Assembly (NCBI GenBank): GCA_964514585.1
Contig: CAZETU010000003.1
Coordinates: 1-64,000, forward strand
Reading direction: 5' to 3'
Length of the DNA stretch: 64,000 bases
DNA from: Candidatus Woesearchaeota archaeon
GTDB lineage: Archaea; Nanobdellota; Nanobdellia; Pacearchaeales; GW2011-AR1
The translations under genes and the position numbers were made by a program. The notes beneath the pieces were generated by a model, which was given only the letters and a program-made list of their open reading frames with translations, made no database searches and was not told where the DNA came from. Shown here in pieces: positions 1 to 10,276 of this stretch (position 1 is the stretch's first letter; each line of letters starts with the position of its first letter).

Positions 1-58
1 ATAAAATTTTATAGAAAATATTACATAAAAAATTATATAATTTTTTTCTCCGAGTTCA

Positions 59-66
59 TTTATAAG
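59..66 (+). promoter_or_regulatory. Putative archaeal TATA box for the T4SS-like operon
   Basis: TTTATAAG 20-27 nt upstream of the ATG at 86, a spacing typical of leaderless archaeal transcripts. Confidence 0.45.
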
Positions 67-85
67 CACTCCATCTAGCACGTTC

Positions 86-253
86 ATGAAAAAAACAACA
101 TGTAACCTATGCGGTATACGGATTAAAGACAGGGAAGACTTCTGCGAGACTTGTCTAGAATTCCTTAATGAGAAGTATCCGAAAGAGAAGGAATTGAAAA
201 AGATTTTACAATGGCACAAAAACCATACAAAAAAACTAAACGAAGAATGCTGA
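86..253 (+). CDS. Small 55-aa Zn-finger-like protein (not in ORF track)
   Basis: Manual translation MKKTTCNLCGIRIKDREDFCETCLEFLNEKYPKEKELKKILQWHKNHTKKLNEEC; CxxC-x10-CxxC; its stop overlaps the pilin ATG at 247 (ATGCTGA). Confidence 0.65.
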   Translation: MKKTTCNLCGIRIKDREDFCETCLEFLNEKYPKEKELKKILQWHKNHTKKLNEEC

Positions 254-555
254 AGGTCCTTCCGCTTGCGATATTTGTCGTCTTAGCAATGACTCACGTG
301 GTTCTAGTCTCTGCGGCGGGTCAGGCCGACTACGAGCAAATCCTGAAACCCTTGACAACGATTTACGATTTGGTGAAGTATGCGGCAACAATAATCGCAG
401 GGCTAGTGATGCTCTTTGCAGGGATCACTTATATCTCAAGCGGTTCAGATCCGGGCAAACGAGAAAAGGCTAAGAATATGGTGATGTACGTCATCATAGG
501 GCTTATAGTAATATGGGCCGCACCTTTTGTCGTCGACCTTATTCTGGGGAGCTAA
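247..555 (+). CDS. TrbC/VirB2-like T4SS pilin
   Basis: Signal peptide ending in VSA, two hydrophobic helices separated by SGSDPGKREKAK; probable start 247 (track start 211). Confidence 0.75.
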   Translation: MLKVLPLAIFVVLAMTHVVLVSAAGQADYEQILKPLTTIYDLVKYAATIIAGLVMLFAGITYISSGSDPGKREKAKNMVMYVIIGLIVIWAAPFVVDLILGS

Positions 556-559
556 GCAA

Positions 560-937
560 ATGCAAAAAACTTTTTTTATTTTTTTAATGGCAGTCGCTAT
601 TGTCCTACCTTTAGCGACTGCCTACAATTGCACCGCCTTAGAAGGCGAAAATAAGAATATTTGCAATTATATCGAGGGCCAGCCTTGGTCTCAATCTGAA
701 AAGGATTCTGTGATCCAAGACGCTATTGATTCTGGAAGTTCACTTAATGGAGATTTTGTGTCAATTACAACTCAGCCGATTAAAGAGGAGATTCAATTAA
801 ACACAATTGAAGAAGTAGGTCCGATGGTTAGCGACGAGAATAAAGAATTCTTAATTGATTTCTCATCAATTTCCATCTTTGGATATTTCTTATATTCTCT
901 TGCTAAGAAATACTACTTTCTTCTAAGATTCGTATGA
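560..937 (+). CDS. Secreted/membrane-anchored hypothetical protein of the T4SS-like module
   Basis: N-terminal signal peptide, Cys pair, C-terminal TM helix; ATG at 560 follows the pilin stop (track start 527). Confidence 0.6.
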   Translation: MQKTFFIFLMAVAIVLPLATAYNCTALEGENKNICNYIEGQPWSQSEKDSVIQDAIDSGSSLNGDFVSITTQPIKEEIQLNTIEEVGPMVSDENKEFLIDFSSISIFGYFLYSLAKKYYFLLRFV

Positions 938-1755
938 GTTCTTGCGGAATTACTAATCTAGGAACTTGCCTAGTTGAGGGGCTGTTTAACTTTATTATTT
1001 ACCTCCTAAATCTTCCGGTTAAACCTCTCTTGGCTATGATTAATAATCTGATGATTGAACCAGTAAATATTCAAATTTTTGCAAGCACATGGGCAATAAT
1101 AATTTATATGCTTTCATTATTTTATGGTATACTTCTTTTGATTGTTGGCTTTAGATTTTTAATTTCCGGATATTCTCCTGAACAGCGAGAGAAAGCTAAG
1201 AAGAGTTTAATGAATATATTCCTTATGATGGTTTTGGTTCAAACGAGCTTCTTTCTTTATGAATTAATTTTACAAGTAGTTGCTTCAATGACTGCAGTGA
1301 TTTACGGATCAATCCCCAATAGTTTTTTCCTAGCAACTTCTGAAGGATTCGCCAACATTGGCCTTGAGCTAGTTTTGATAATCCCTTATGTTATTACTCT
1401 AGTTGTCACAGTGATATTCTTGGCACTTAGGTATATTTGTGTCGGTATGGGGGTTATATTCTTCGCAATAGGAATTTTTATGTATTTTATAGAACCACTA
1501 GAAGCCTATGGGAAATTAATTTTGAACTACTTAGGGGTTTTGATCGCCTTACCTTTTGTTTATTCAATAATTCTATTAGCCTCTTCCAAATTTTTGGAAA
1601 CTAAAACTTTCTCTAGCATGAAAATTATTGTGATGATTGGAGGTTTCAGTCTAGTTAATCTCCTTACTTTATTCTTAGTAATTTTTGTAATATTCAAGGC
1701 CGCAAATTCAAAACCAGTAAAACAAATCACCACAGTGATTAATGCAGGAGGTTAA
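934..1755 (+). CDS. VirB6/TrbL-like polytopic membrane protein
   Basis: About 6-7 TM helices; GYSPEQREKAKKS loop resembles the pilin loop; lies between pilin and VirB4; ATGA overlap. Confidence 0.6.
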   Translation: MSSCGITNLGTCLVEGLFNFIIYLLNLPVKPLLAMINNLMIEPVNIQIFASTWAIIIYMLSLFYGILLLIVGFRFLISGYSPEQREKAKKSLMNIFLMMVLVQTSFFLYELILQVVASMTAVIYGSIPNSFFLATSEGFANIGLELVLIIPYVITLVVTVIFLALRYICVGMGVIFFAIGIFMYFIEPLEAYGKLILNYLGVLIALPFVYSIILLASSKFLETKTFSSMKIIVMIGGFSLVNLLTLFLVIFVIFKAANSKPVKQITTVINAGG

Positions 1756-1757
1756 AA

Positions 1758-4700
1758 ATGTATGAGATTCCCCAACAATTAGAGTATAAAGAAAAGATTG
1801 TCTTCGGATTAACTTTTCCTCAGCTAGCTTATGCTTTCGTATTTTTTCCATTTGTCTTTTCATTTTTGTTTAAACTAAATGTAAGTTTGCCTATCAGGGT
1901 TTTTTTAGCTTGTATTCCGGCACTTTTAGCGACGGGGTTCATGTTTTTTGATTTATCGACGCAGATTAAGAATTGGTATAACTGGTCTAAGTTTCGACAA
2001 ATTAGGACAGAAAAACAAAAGAAAAAAGACATGGAAGCGAGGCAAGAAGAGATGGAGAGACTAAGAAAATTACGAATACTAGAAAAAGAAAAGAAAAAAG
2101 CCGAGAAGAAAGAACAAAAAGAAAATCCTCCTAAACCTAAACAGAAGAAAGAAAAGCCTCCTCGTGATGATATTAAGGATTTCTTTAAGATAAAAGAGAT
2201 AAAAGAAAATTTTATTTATTATGACAATAAGAGGGTTGCTGTCCTGAAAGTAGATTCCTTAAATTTCGGGATTAAACCACAAAAAGAGCAAGAAACGATT
2301 ATGCTTACATTTCAAAAATTCCTTAATTCTATTGACTTTCCAATTCAAATTTTGATGACGACGGAAACTTTAGACCTTGATCAGTACATGACTATCTTAG
2401 GAGACAAAGTTGTAGGAGAAGAACATAAAAAAATCTTTGATTCCTATCGATCCCATATGAAAGGATTAATCGAGAAAAATAGTGCTATGAATAGGAATTT
2501 CTATATGGTAATCCCTGAAGTTAGCAACCTCGAGGATCAAATGAAACTCTGTGAAGAAAGACTTCATAGTTTAAATCTTAAGACTTACAGACTAAATAAG
2601 ATCCAATTGGAAAAGGTTTTTTCTAAAATATTAAACTCCAAAAAATTCCTACCCGAGTCAATTAAAAATTCTCCAGATCATTTAGAAATCGATGGGAAAT
2701 TCCATAAAATAATTTATGCTCATGGATATCCTCGGTCGGTTGAAAAAGGATTCTTAGATAAATTAATCAGTTGCTCAGGGAACTTTGACTTTTCCCTGCA
2801 TATAAATCCTCAAACGATAGAGAATACTTTGGTTCTATTAAACAAAGAACTACAAAAACAGCGAGCAGATCTTTACTCTGCCAAGATAAAAAATCAACTC
2901 AATCCAAGCCTTGAAATTAAATATCAAGATACTAGGGCTGTCTTGACTAATCTTCAAAAGGGAAATGAAAAGCTATTCAACATAAGTTTTTACATTAATT
3001 GCCGATCAGATAGCTTAGAAGAGCTTAGGCTTTTGAGTAGAAAAATTGAATCAGAACTTAATGCGTTATTGATTATTCCAAGACAGCCAAATTTTAGGAT
3101 GATTCAGGGTTTCCAATCTTGTCTGCCCTTGGCAAAGGACTTCTTAGGGATTACTCGAAACATTACCACTTCGGCCCTTTCTGCATTTTTCCCATTTACC
3201 TCCCCTTTCTTTAATTTTGATGAAACAGGTATTTGGTTTGGGCTTAATAAAAACCACATTCCAATAATCCGAGATATCTTTAAACTTTCAAACTCAAACG
3301 GAATGTGTTTGGCAAGTTCTGGGGCGGGAAAAAGCTATATGACCAAACTTTTCATAACAAGACATCTCTTAAATGGGACAAGAGTTATTGTGATTGATCC
3401 TCAAGGCGAATATACTTCGCTTGTTAAGAAGTTTAATGGCCAAAGGATAGACCTTTCTCGAAAATCGGCTACAATTATTAATCCTCTAGATTTAATGGGC
3501 CATGACTACGCAGAGAAAAGGCTTTCTTTAATGGATCTAATGCCTGTAATGCTTGGGCACTTGTCAGAGCCTCAAAAATCATTTATTGATCAGGCCTTAA
3601 CAGAAGCTTATGAACGGAATGGGATTTATATGAATGATGCTAAGAGTTGGGCTAATGACCCCCCGATTTTAGGCGACGTGTTAAATTCTTTGACGAGAAT
3701 GGAGGAAGTGGCCATTAACTTAGAGAAAACCACGCTACGAAGCCTGATAAACCGTTTGCGACTATATGTTGATGGAGTCTTCTCTTTTTTAAACCAACAT
3801 ACTAAAATAAATTTCACAAATGATTTTGTCTGCTTTGATATAGGCAATATGCCAAAACAGGTCAAGCCAACGATTATGTTCTTGGTTTTAGATTATGTTT
3901 ATATGAAGATGAGGGGCGATCTAAATAGGAAGCTTTTGGTGATTGATGAGGCTTGGACCTTGCTTTCAAGGGCAGAGGAAGCATCTTATATTTTTGAAAT
4001 CGTAAAGACTTGTAGGAAATTTAATATGGGGCTCTTTTTGATTAATCAAGAAGTAGAAGGAATGTTAAATTCGGAAGCCGGGAGATCGGCCCTTGCTAAT
4101 TCTTCTTATACAATTTTACTTAGACAAAAGCCTGCAGTAATTGATGGAATTCAAAAAGTTTTTCACTTGAGTAATGTTGAAAGAATTGCTTTGCTAACTG
4201 CTGGAGTTGGAGAAGGGATTCTCTTAATGGAAGATGAACACTCTGAACTAAAAATAGTTGCATCAAAAGAAGAGCATAAACAGATTACAACTAATGCTGA
4301 TGAGCTTTTAGAAAAAGAGCCGGAAGAAGAAATTGAAGGCAAGAAGATGAATGCAAAGGTTGATGAAAATATCCGGGTTCATCTATCAAAGGTTTTGTCA
4401 GAGGGAGATAAAGACTATCTGAAAAGAAAAGGTTTTGCTGAAGTTAATTACAAAGGAATTGAAGGAAGATTCCAAAGATACTTTGTTAAGTATTACAAAA
4501 ACGAATCTTACCAACACATGATTTGGGTTTATGAGATCACAGGGTATCTGAAAAGATTCACAGATAATGTTGAGACTCCAAGAACTTCTAAGGCAGATAT
4601 TATTTTTGAAGCTAAAGGAGAAAAATATGGGATTGAAATTGAGACTGGAAAGATAATTGAGAAAGATAAATCCAAAATAGAAAATAAAGTCAAATATCTG

Positions 4701-4832
4701 AAGGAAGATTTTGGTAAGAATTGGTTTTTCTTTGTGACTAATCTTCACTTAAAGAAGAGATATAAGAAGTTTGGAAGCACGATTGACAACAGAGGTATAA
4801 GAAGAAAGATTTCAAGTTTATTCAGAAAATAG
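1758..4832 (+). CDS. virB4: PrgI(VirB3-like)-VirB4 ATPase fusion with C-terminal PD-(D/E)XK-like domain
   Basis: N-terminal IPQQLEYKEKIVFGLTFPQ plus TMs (PrgI-like); Walker A ASSGAGKS; VIVIDPQGEY; Walker B LLVIDEAW; INQE; C-terminal ESYQH...ADII...GIEIETG. Confidence 0.85.
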   Translation: MYEIPQQLEYKEKIVFGLTFPQLAYAFVFFPFVFSFLFKLNVSLPIRVFLACIPALLATGFMFFDLSTQIKNWYNWSKFRQIRTEKQKKKDMEARQEEMERLRKLRILEKEKKKAEKKEQKENPPKPKQKKEKPPRDDIKDFFKIKEIKENFIYYDNKRVAVLKVDSLNFGIKPQKEQETIMLTFQKFLNSIDFPIQILMTTETLDLDQYMTILGDKVVGEEHKKIFDSYRSHMKGLIEKNSAMNRNFYMVIPEVSNLEDQMKLCEERLHSLNLKTYRLNKIQLEKVFSKILNSKKFLPESIKNSPDHLEIDGKFHKIIYAHGYPRSVEKGFLDKLISCSGNFDFSLHINPQTIENTLVLLNKELQKQRADLYSAKIKNQLNPSLEIKYQDTRAVLTNLQKGNEKLFNISFYINCRSDSLEELRLLSRKIESELNALLIIPRQPNFRMIQGFQSCLPLAKDFLGITRNITTSALSAFFPFTSPFFNFDETGIWFGLNKNHIPIIRDIFKLSNSNGMCLASSGAGKSYMTKLFITRHLLNGTRVIVIDPQGEYTSLVKKFNGQRIDLSRKSATIINPLDLMGHDYAEKRLSLMDLMPVMLGHLSEPQKSFIDQALTEAYERNGIYMNDAKSWANDPPILGDVLNSLTRMEEVAINLEKTTLRSLINRLRLYVDGVFSFLNQHTKINFTNDFVCFDIGNMPKQVKPTIMFLVLDYVYMKMRGDLNRKLLVIDEAWTLLSRAEEASYIFEIVKTCRKFNMGLFLINQEVEGMLNSEAGRSALANSSYTILLRQKPAVIDGIQKVFHLSNVERIALLTAGVGEGILLMEDEHSELKIVASKEEHKQITTNADELLEKEPEEEIEGKKMNAKVDENIRVHLSKVLSEGDKDYLKRKGFAEVNYKGIEGRFQRYFVKYYKNESYQHMIWVYEITGYLKRFTDNVETPRTSKADIIFEAKGEKYGIEIETGKIIEKDKSKIENKVKYLKEDFGKNWFFFVTNLHLKKRYKKFGSTIDNRGIRRKISSLFRK

Positions 4833-4996
4833 CCATTTTTTGATACTGGGTTTTTTGGGCCAAAAAGTGGTCTGTTCGACGGCAAAATCGGGCTAAAAAT
4901 CGTTTTTGATACCCCCCGAATATAAACTACTTGATACTCATTCATTAGTTTATATTCTTCTAGTTTTCTTCTTTACTTGTTATTCAAATCATTTTT

Positions 4997-7354
4997 TTAG
5001 AATAGTCCGTCTAAAAATTCGAATTCTTTTCCCGAATCCTCATAAATGTAAGTTTCGTTTGAGTTGATTTTCCATATCCCTGAAAATTCCACAATAATTC
5101 CTCCAATAAGAGTTTTATTTTTTTGTATCTTAATCCATCTTTGTAATGCCTCTGCTTTTGCCTTTGTCTCATTAGAGCTTGCGGTATCTCCCTTTTTAGT
5201 ATCCATAATTAAAGTAATTCCACTCTTTAATTTAACAATCCAATCTGGATAAAACAATCTCTCTCTGTGCTTTTCATTGTCAAAATAAGGCACTGCGAAA
5301 TGATCACTGCCTTCATCCCCATTTTTATGCCACCATTCAACGCTTGATTTACCTTCAAGATATTTTATGAATTTTGTTTCATTCACCTTTCCAACATATT
5401 CTTTTTGTAGATAAAATGGTTTCATAGAGCATTTGCTTACATCTTTCTTAATTTCTCCATAATCCTCATTATATTCTAAAATCTCGTTTGGCACCTCTAA
5501 GAAAACAGTCTCTTTAGATCTTGATGCTTTTTTATGTACCTCTTCTTCCCTTATAGATCTATATTCTAACAGGGCATCACTGACAACTTTAACTAACTCC
5601 CCATCTAATTTCAACAGATCCTTAATAATTAACTTATAATAATTATCCCTGCTTTCCTTTGATATCTTTCCAATCCAAACATTTAATGCAGTTTTTAATT
5701 TCCCCCAGGATCTCGCAGGAGCAAATCTCCTGTTCTCATCCTCTTGTTTTGCAAGAATATCGAAGCACCTCATATTATAAATTCTAATTAGATCATTTTT
5801 GGAGGTTTCTTTATTCAAATCTGTTCCATGATTAACCAATTCTTGAACAAAATTATCAAAATCTTCAATTTCTGCATCAATAATCATATTATTTTCAATA
5901 TGTAGCGAGTCAAAGGATAGCCCTTTCTGTTCCAACTTTTTCTTTGCCACATCAGGCGAGTCCCCCTTTTTAATCTCAAAATGTTCATTCGCAGTTTTTT
6001 CAAAAGTATTTTGGAAAGAATCACCAAGATCGTTATAATCAGGCCTACTCATATAAGTAGATTCCAATTTTATAGGTTTAATTCCATCTTTTCTTTTGCT
6101 TGTGTATATAAATGGTTTATTCGTCCCCAATTTACTCCAATTTTCTTTAACTTGATTTCTTTCGTAATTAGTATAAAGGTATGCCTTGTTTAATTCTTGC
6201 TCAGAGTAAAATCTTGCCTCTGGCATTCGTAAAACTCTACCAACTGTTTGAGTATGGAAAACAGGATTTCTTATTTCTCTGAACATTATCAAAACAGAGG
6301 CTCTTGGGCAATCCCATCCCGTTGCGGCCGCTTGCTTGAATATTAAAAAATCTACCTCCGAATTATTATCCTCAATATCCTCCAAATTTTCTTTTGGCCC
6401 TGCCAACCAAATGGCAACTTTGTGGTCCGGAACACTCTTATCTCTCAAATAATTCTTAACCAAATCCATCTTTGTTTGATTTAATGTTTCCTTTGTGGAA
6501 ATATCATCATTCGGCAGTTGGATTAATACAAGAGGATTTATATCAAGATCTAAACCTTTGTATTTTTTTAAAAGCTCTTTTCTTTTATTGTACGCCAAAT
6601 CCAAAAGTAATATGTCCTGATCAATTTCTTTTTTTGTAACATTTTCTAAATCTTCTTTGGTTTGGGTGATTATCTTTTCTTTAATTAACTCTGCCTCAAC
6701 GACGTCCTCACGAGTAACATTAACAAATCCTTTTGTTTTCATTTGTATCTCCAATGCATTTGGAATAACTTTTGGGGTAGCTGTTACCTTAAGAATAATC
6801 TTTGGATCAATTAAATTGATCAACTCATCTGCAAGATCCGTATCGGTATCTCTGTGGGCCTCATCAACAATTAAAATTATTTCTCTACCCTCTTTTTGAG
6901 TTTTCTTAATTAACTCATCAAATTGTCCATCATCTCCATCCGTATGTTCTGTTGGGTTTCTTAATTTTCTACCCTCTTTTGAGGAGGATTTTAATTTTTG
7001 CCAATTTATAAAAAATACATTGTTCTTTTCAAGTTTCTTTTTATTTGCCAAATCTGTTAAATCCAAAAGATTAAGCTCCCCTGCACCGCCATAATAACTC
7101 AAAAGTTTATTCTTGCTCTGTAAGTAAGAGGGCTCATTAAAACTAAACCACAAAAAACACTTATCTGCATCAAATTGAGGATCTCCCGTTAAATCTCTCA
7201 AAAATTGGGCCATCATAATCGTTTTTCCTGATCCAGTTGGGGATTTAAAAATTAACTCTGTTTTTCTGTTGTCCGATTTCCAAAGATTAAGAAATTGATT
7301 CCTTAATCCTGCTATTGCTGTTTCTTGGAATAGTTTTAATTTTATGTTACTCAT
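4997..7354 (-). CDS. res: Type III restriction enzyme Res subunit (SF2 helicase plus nuclease)
   Basis: SPTGSGKT, IVDEAH, ATGWDCPRA, QTVGRVLRMP; C-terminal FYPDWIV...DTK. Confidence 0.9.
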   Translation of the reverse strand: MSNIKLKLFQETAIAGLRNQFLNLWKSDNRKTELIFKSPTGSGKTIMMAQFLRDLTGDPQFDADKCFLWFSFNEPSYLQSKNKLLSYYGGAGELNLLDLTDLANKKKLEKNNVFFINWQKLKSSSKEGRKLRNPTEHTDGDDGQFDELIKKTQKEGREIILIVDEAHRDTDTDLADELINLIDPKIILKVTATPKVIPNALEIQMKTKGFVNVTREDVVEAELIKEKIITQTKEDLENVTKKEIDQDILLLDLAYNKRKELLKKYKGLDLDINPLVLIQLPNDDISTKETLNQTKMDLVKNYLRDKSVPDHKVAIWLAGPKENLEDIEDNNSEVDFLIFKQAAATGWDCPRASVLIMFREIRNPVFHTQTVGRVLRMPEARFYSEQELNKAYLYTNYERNQVKENWSKLGTNKPFIYTSKRKDGIKPIKLESTYMSRPDYNDLGDSFQNTFEKTANEHFEIKKGDSPDVAKKKLEQKGLSFDSLHIENNMIIDAEIEDFDNFVQELVNHGTDLNKETSKNDLIRIYNMRCFDILAKQEDENRRFAPARSWGKLKTALNVWIGKISKESRDNYYKLIIKDLLKLDGELVKVVSDALLEYRSIREEEVHKKASRSKETVFLEVPNEILEYNEDYGEIKKDVSKCSMKPFYLQKEYVGKVNETKFIKYLEGKSSVEWWHKNGDEGSDHFAVPYFDNEKHRERLFYPDWIVKLKSGITLIMDTKKGDTASSNETKAKAEALQRWIKIQKNKTLIGGIIVEFSGIWKINSNETYIYEDSGKEFEFLDGLF

Positions 7355-9066
7355 ATGTTTGCCACCTCTTTGTATACTTCAATTAAGGGTTCGGGAATGT
7401 CTTTAACTTTAATCTTTTTGTATTCTGTAAATTCATTTGCATATTCATTCTTTCCCCAACTAAAGATATAAAGATTTACTTTCTTATCCATCTTATCCAA
7501 CTTTTCAACTAATTTCTGTAATTTACTTTTATCCTCTTTAAAATAAATTGCAGTAACTTCTTTTCCATTTGAAAAAATTTGCCACCAATCATCTTTTTCA
7601 ACTTCCTCAAAGGTTTCCTCTTTTATAGCAATCATCTCTCCTGCTTTGTAAGTTAATTCAATCTTATCTTGATCCGTTGCATTATCAAGATTTTCTGTTT
7701 CAACAAAATCTGTTTTATAGTATCGGAGATTTCCTCCCAAGCCTTTATATTCCCTTTTATCTGAAATGCCACAGTATCCTTTAATAATTTTTTTAATTCT
7801 TGGATAACAAATGTCTTCCGCAATTCCACCTCCATCCCCATTATTATTTTCATTATTTGTGCACAAAATAAATCTTCTCTTACCTTTATCTGATTTATTT
7901 AACTCCATGGTTGCATGTCCAGTAGTCCCAGATCCTGCAAAAAAATCTAAAATTATTGCCTTATTTTTATTATGAATAACTGCCTTTATACAATCCCTTA
8001 CCGCATATAATGATTTTGGATAAGGGAAGTTCCCAGAAATTATATTATTTAGAAGTTTTGTGCCGTATACGTTAGCATTATATTCATTTTCAGTCCATAC
8101 CGTTTTCCACCTATAATCTTGCTTTTCTCTGAAGATTGATATTTCTCCCCCTATTTCCTTGGGTAATAATTCGTCCTTAATTGATTCTACACTTCCTCTA
8201 GAAAATCTCCATTTTCTTTCTACCCCATTTTTATCTAGAGGGTATACTTCTATCATTTCATCTTCTCTCTTAATATTAGAATTTTTTGGATGAAAGTTTT
8301 CTTGACATGTATCCCCAAAACCAATAATCTCCCCAGATTTTACATAAATGGGATAAAAGCAAGTTTTTGCAGACGTTCTTTTTGAAGATTCTTTTCCCCA
8401 GTCTCTAAATGCTCTTTGTGGTGCATCTTCTTTTTTTACCTTTGATATAAATGTTCCCGGTCTTGGGTGTATAAAATATGCATATTCGTTAACATGTGAG
8501 AAATTTAATCCTTGAATCCCTCCAGGGTTATGAACAATTGTTACACAGACTATTTCTCTTTCGGGAAAAAGTTCTTGAAGTAGTACTCCTAGTGTGGAGA
8601 CTTCGTTCTTATCAATAGTACATATAAGAACACCATCTTTTTTGAGTAAGTTTCTCGCAAGTTTTAGTCTCTTTTCCATAAAAGAAAGCCATTTACTATG
8701 TCTCCAATTGTCATTTATGTCTACATAATCATTATTATACTTCCAATCTCTTGCCCCAGTATTATATGGCGGATCAATGTAAATAACATCAACTTTCCCC
8801 TTATGAGTATAATTCAAAACAGAAAGCGAGTGATAATTGTCTCCCTCAATTAAAAGATTAACAGGCTCATCCCCCTTTCCTTTAATCTCTTTTTTCTTAT
8901 CCTCAACTAATATTGGCAATTTTTTTCTACAATCCAAAACAACTTTTTCCGGTTCTTTTTCGGCATCCCAAACCAAACCATATTTTTTCCTGGCCTTTAA
9001 TTTTTCAACCTGTGCTCTCAAATTCTCAACTTCTTGCAATAATTCTTTTTCTGTTTTCTTTTCCAT
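7351..9066 (-). CDS. mod: Type III R-M Mod subunit, adenine DNA methyltransferase
   Basis: YIDPPYNTG, YPKS, LDFFAGSGTTG, FILCTNNE; 4-nt overlap with res. Confidence 0.92.
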   Translation of the reverse strand: MEKKTEKELLQEVENLRAQVEKLKARKKYGLVWDAEKEPEKVVLDCRKKLPILVEDKKKEIKGKGDEPVNLLIEGDNYHSLSVLNYTHKGKVDVIYIDPPYNTGARDWKYNNDYVDINDNWRHSKWLSFMEKRLKLARNLLKKDGVLICTIDKNEVSTLGVLLQELFPEREIVCVTIVHNPGGIQGLNFSHVNEYAYFIHPRPGTFISKVKKEDAPQRAFRDWGKESSKRTSAKTCFYPIYVKSGEIIGFGDTCQENFHPKNSNIKREDEMIEVYPLDKNGVERKWRFSRGSVESIKDELLPKEIGGEISIFREKQDYRWKTVWTENEYNANVYGTKLLNNIISGNFPYPKSLYAVRDCIKAVIHNKNKAIILDFFAGSGTTGHATMELNKSDKGKRRFILCTNNENNNGDGGGIAEDICYPRIKKIIKGYCGISDKREYKGLGGNLRYYKTDFVETENLDNATDQDKIELTYKAGEMIAIKEETFEEVEKDDWWQIFSNGKEVTAIYFKEDKSKLQKLVEKLDKMDKKVNLYIFSWGKNEYANEFTEYKKIKVKDIPEPLIEVYKEVANI

Positions 9067-9096
9067 AAATATTTTTATCTAAGGACCCTTTTATAT

Positions 9097-10275
9097 TTAC
9101 TCTTCCTCAACATCCTTCCTTTTACTCAAACTAAGCCTAAAATCCTTAACCACCTCACACATACTCCTAACGTCCTCATCAATTTCCCCCTTAATTACCC
9201 CACTATTAATTTTAGGATAACAAATCATAGAATAAGCCTCATACAATCCCTTATCTCTCAATAATTTCACAAAAACCTCTTTATCTTCAGGCATTAAACA
9301 TTTTTCAAACTCTTTAATTGAGCATTTTCGATTAGAACCACAAACAACATCAATTCCAAATTGTTTTGAATAATTAATTAAATCTTCTTTCAATTTATCT
9401 TCTGCCTCATTCAACTCAGTTAATTTAGTTTTAATTTCAGAATACTCGTCAACCAATTTAACCCCTGAATCTTCCTTGAATTTCTTAACATCTTTTTTCT
9501 CAAGTTCAACCTCATGTTTGAAGCTCGGACACATTTCCTTGTAAACACAATAATTACAAAGTCCACTCTGCTTCCTAGGAAACTCCGTCACCACCTCAAT
9601 TTCCGCAATCTTTCTACAAACATCTTCCTGTAATTTTTCTAACTGTTCATCACTTCGCTCAGATACTGCCTCTTTGTTAAATGCCAACATGTGCCAAATT
9701 AACTTAACCGATTTCGCATCCTTAAATTTATCTTTAACCCAAATGGAATAAAGAGCCAGTTGTCTGTCGGCATCTGCTTCTTCTTGATCTTTCATTCGTG
9801 CATTTGTTTTATAATCGCAGACGTAATAATTTCCTTCATCGTCACAAGCCAATTTATCAATTCTAACGTGCCATTGATTTCCATCGGGCAAAGTCATCCT
9901 ATCCTGAGTCTCAAGCCCTAAAATCGTCAACTGGTCAAAGGGCTTATATTTATTATAATAATCCTCGATGAATTTTATACCCATCTTTTTATAATTCTCG
10001 GAAGTCAATCCCTGATCCGCTTTTGCCACCAAAATATCTTCAGAATACTCCTTCGCCCACAAATCCTTATAGAATTTAAGCAACGTGGCCTTAGAAACGA
10101 CTTTCTTGAACTTTTTATCTTTGTATAGCTTCTCTAAGGTTTGATGCACCAAATCGCCCATAAAAGCCTCAATCGTAGTCGGAACATCAACCTTAATCTT
10201 GTCGATATAACGCAGTTTATACTGATAGGGACAGTTCTCAAAACATGAAACCCTTGAATGCGAATATGTTGCCAT
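9097..10275 (-). CDS. PD-(D/E)XK nuclease, Cas4/RecB/AddB-like with Fe-S cysteines
   Basis: YSHSRVSCFENCPYQY; RID...DYKT; QLALY; CNYCVYKEMC. Confidence 0.85.
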   Translation of the reverse strand: MATYSHSRVSCFENCPYQYKLRYIDKIKVDVPTTIEAFMGDLVHQTLEKLYKDKKFKKVVSKATLLKFYKDLWAKEYSEDILVAKADQGLTSENYKKMGIKFIEDYYNKYKPFDQLTILGLETQDRMTLPDGNQWHVRIDKLACDDEGNYYVCDYKTNARMKDQEEADADRQLALYSIWVKDKFKDAKSVKLIWHMLAFNKEAVSERSDEQLEKLQEDVCRKIAEIEVVTEFPRKQSGLCNYCVYKEMCPSFKHEVELEKKDVKKFKEDSGVKLVDEYSEIKTKLTELNEAEDKLKEDLINYSKQFGIDVVCGSNRKCSIKEFEKCLMPEDKEVFVKLLRDKGLYEAYSMICYPKINSGVIKGEIDEDVRSMCEVVKDFRLSLSKRKDVEEE

Positions 10276-10276
10276 A

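Noticed and set aside
4745-4945. 66-aa minus-strand ORF between virB4 and res
   Set aside because: It overlaps the virB4 end, has no motif and sits in a convergent intergenic region
9097-10275. CRISPR-Cas system suggested by the Cas4-like nuclease
   Set aside because: No repeat-spacer array, cas1, cas2 or effector genes seen; solo Cas4/RecB-like genes are common
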